Assembly (NCBI GenBank): GCA_009602725.1
Contig: WELB01000001.1
Span: 873,453-937,452, forward strand
Origin: Spirogloea muscicola
Lineage: Eukaryota
Length of the DNA: 64,000 nt
Reading direction: 5' to 3'
Shown: piece by piece, positions 62,165 to 64,000 of the stretch
Layout: every line of letters begins with the position of its first letter
Position numbering within the stretch: position 1 is the first letter of the stretch
The notes under the pieces: model-generated
What the model was told of the DNA's origin: nothing
The model's database searches: none
Seen by the model: only the letters and a program-made list of their open reading frames with translations
Program-made: the position numbers and the translations under genes

Positions 62165-64000
62165 ATGGTCTCGGCCGTCCTGGCAGGCAAGTGGTCGTTG
62201 GACATTCTTGCAAGTACTCTTCACGTCGTAATTTTGGCTTCATCGACATCGTCAACAATGATGTGCAAGTTGCAAATTACCAAGAGGTGGTGACCACTTG
62301 ACCCTGTCCCACTGCAGGCTTGGGTGCTGTAGGAGTTGGCGCTGTGCTATATCTGCAGCCACCTCGACTCGCAGCATTGAGACATGCAGCGAATTCACAA
62401 CTTGCACAACACGAACCAATAATTGTCATTCTCATCTCGTTATTTATTGCAGCTCTCGTCTCTCAATGTGTTCAACTCCTCAACGTCATCACAGTCTTCA
62501 TTCAGGATCAGGGTATGATCATGCCCTAGATACGCATCTCCACTTCAAGTAGGGTTACCATCACTACACCACTTATAGCTCGTTCTGAAGCTTGTCTTTG
62601 AGGTGAGTAAGCAGCCAACAGGATCTTGATTGCCATTGTGACTTGGTCACTGCATTCCTGTACCTCCCCAGGTGTGACTACTGCCTGCTACACGTTCCTC
62701 TTCTACTTGGCACGGTTCGTTGGCGCAGACAAAGGCGTTGACGTCTGACCAGCTTGCTTGATACTAAAGTAGAAGAACTACCTAGTCACTCCAACTTTGA
62801 TGGGTGTATGACGCTTGTGGCAGTTGAGTCTGCTTCTATTGTAAAGGCAGGTTGGGGTGTCCTAACGTCCTACATGTGTTGTTTTGGCAGGAAATTACCA
62901 GGCGTGAATGCTTACATACACAAGCAGCAAAATCAGGTGACTTGCAAGTCAACAGAACTCCTTCCTTGCCATGCAGCCAGCCCCAATTACTTCGACCTGT
63001 TGCAACTTGATCAGGATTACTCTTGCGATGCTCTTCGTACGAACAGCATCTGCTTTCTGAACATGATTGTGTTTGTCCGACAGATGATTGACAAGCTGCA
63101 GGTCAAGTCAATGAGCAAGAAGAAGGAATATCTGACACGATTGCCGAAGGAAGGTCTTGGGCTAGCCGTCTTGAATAAGCTTGAGGAAGCGGAACGAATG
63201 GATAAGCCCTGGAAAGGCAAATGCTCTGGAACAGTGTAAGCTGCCCTAAAGTCTTTTTGATCAGATTTGTCCTTTACCCTGCAGCTTGCTGCACGTACTC
63301 AGAGCTGCACTTTATCTGGGTATGTCAGGCATCAGATGAGCCAAGTAGCAGGCATCAGTGACTACATCAGCTGCAGGACGGTCTCCTTGGAGAACTTGGA
63401 ACAAATTTGCTACAATCGGGACAATGGAGCAAAGATGATCAGTATGTTATCGTGAACTCCTATGTGATTGAGGCCTGTGTTGTAATTCACTCGCTCATGC
63501 CCTCTGTGTCACCGGCATGCTGTAGGTACATGGGAGGAGAGACCTATGAACGGCACGTCTCAATCATACTAGCTGCCTACAGCAGGTTTGTGATTCTCCT
63601 GAAGCAGAGTTATGTACATAGAAGTGGCCTGCTTTTCTCCTAGTATTTCTCTGGCTGCATACTGGAGCAGTTGAGGTAAAGCAAGAGTAGCTCATTGTGG
63701 TACTGCAGCAACTCCTAGCAAGGTCATCAGAAGAAGAGCCAGGTTGTGATAGCCCCGGCCATAGGTGCTGGTCACTTTGCTAGAAGTCCATTATGTAGGC
63801 CAAGAGGCACTGCTTGCAGTACCTCCATGCTGCGATAAGCACCAGCTCACTTGACTATCTATTGGTTGCAGATTTGCACACACCAATCCGCTACATCCAG
63901 ACGTGTTTCCCAGCATAACTCAGTTCGAAGCTGAAGTTGTAGCTATGACCGCAGCCCTTCTAGGTGGAAATCGGGCACAGTCTGGGGGGCAAGTGTGTGG
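62165..64000 (+). CDS. DPL1: Sphingosine-1-phosphate lyase (PLP-dependent), 5' part; continues beyond the window
   Basis: N-terminal hydrophobic segments, then KLPGVNAYI, LPKEGLG..WKGKCSGTVYMGG and FAHTNPLHPDVFPSITQFEAEVVAMTAALLG. The start is inferred via a GC-AG intron. Confidence 0.92.

Overview
Eukaryotic, intron-rich, GC-rich nuclear DNA of a green plant. Land-plant-like proteins, TTTAGGG-type motifs and compact introns suggest a streptophyte alga (inference). It has five assembly gaps (N at 9346, 25843-26117, 30315, 50225-50695, 61845). About 15 protein-coding genes, almost all spliced, can be read by hand: a G8/fibrocystin-like mosaic secreted protein, nitronate monooxygenase (with an in-frame TGA), ALKBH6, plastid MutS2, an atypical TALE-like homeobox, a partial PWI/SRRM1, RPN9, AP-4 beta adaptin, NBR1, an acidic hypothetical protein, an LCM-family SAM methyltransferase, SEND1/GEN-like nuclease, a divergent RPB4, a putative plastid membrane protein and sphingosine-1-phosphate lyase. 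Many intergenic spaces hold islands of 5'-truncated, nested RLE-type (CRE-like) non-LTR retrotransposon 3' ends. These show target-site duplications, no poly(A), and conserved RNA hairpins. The standout is a ~570-bp foldback inside a MutS2 intron whose two arms each encode the catalytic GFPCQGFS motif of a C5 DNA methyltransferase. Exon boundaries were read manually and gene ends are approximate where stated.
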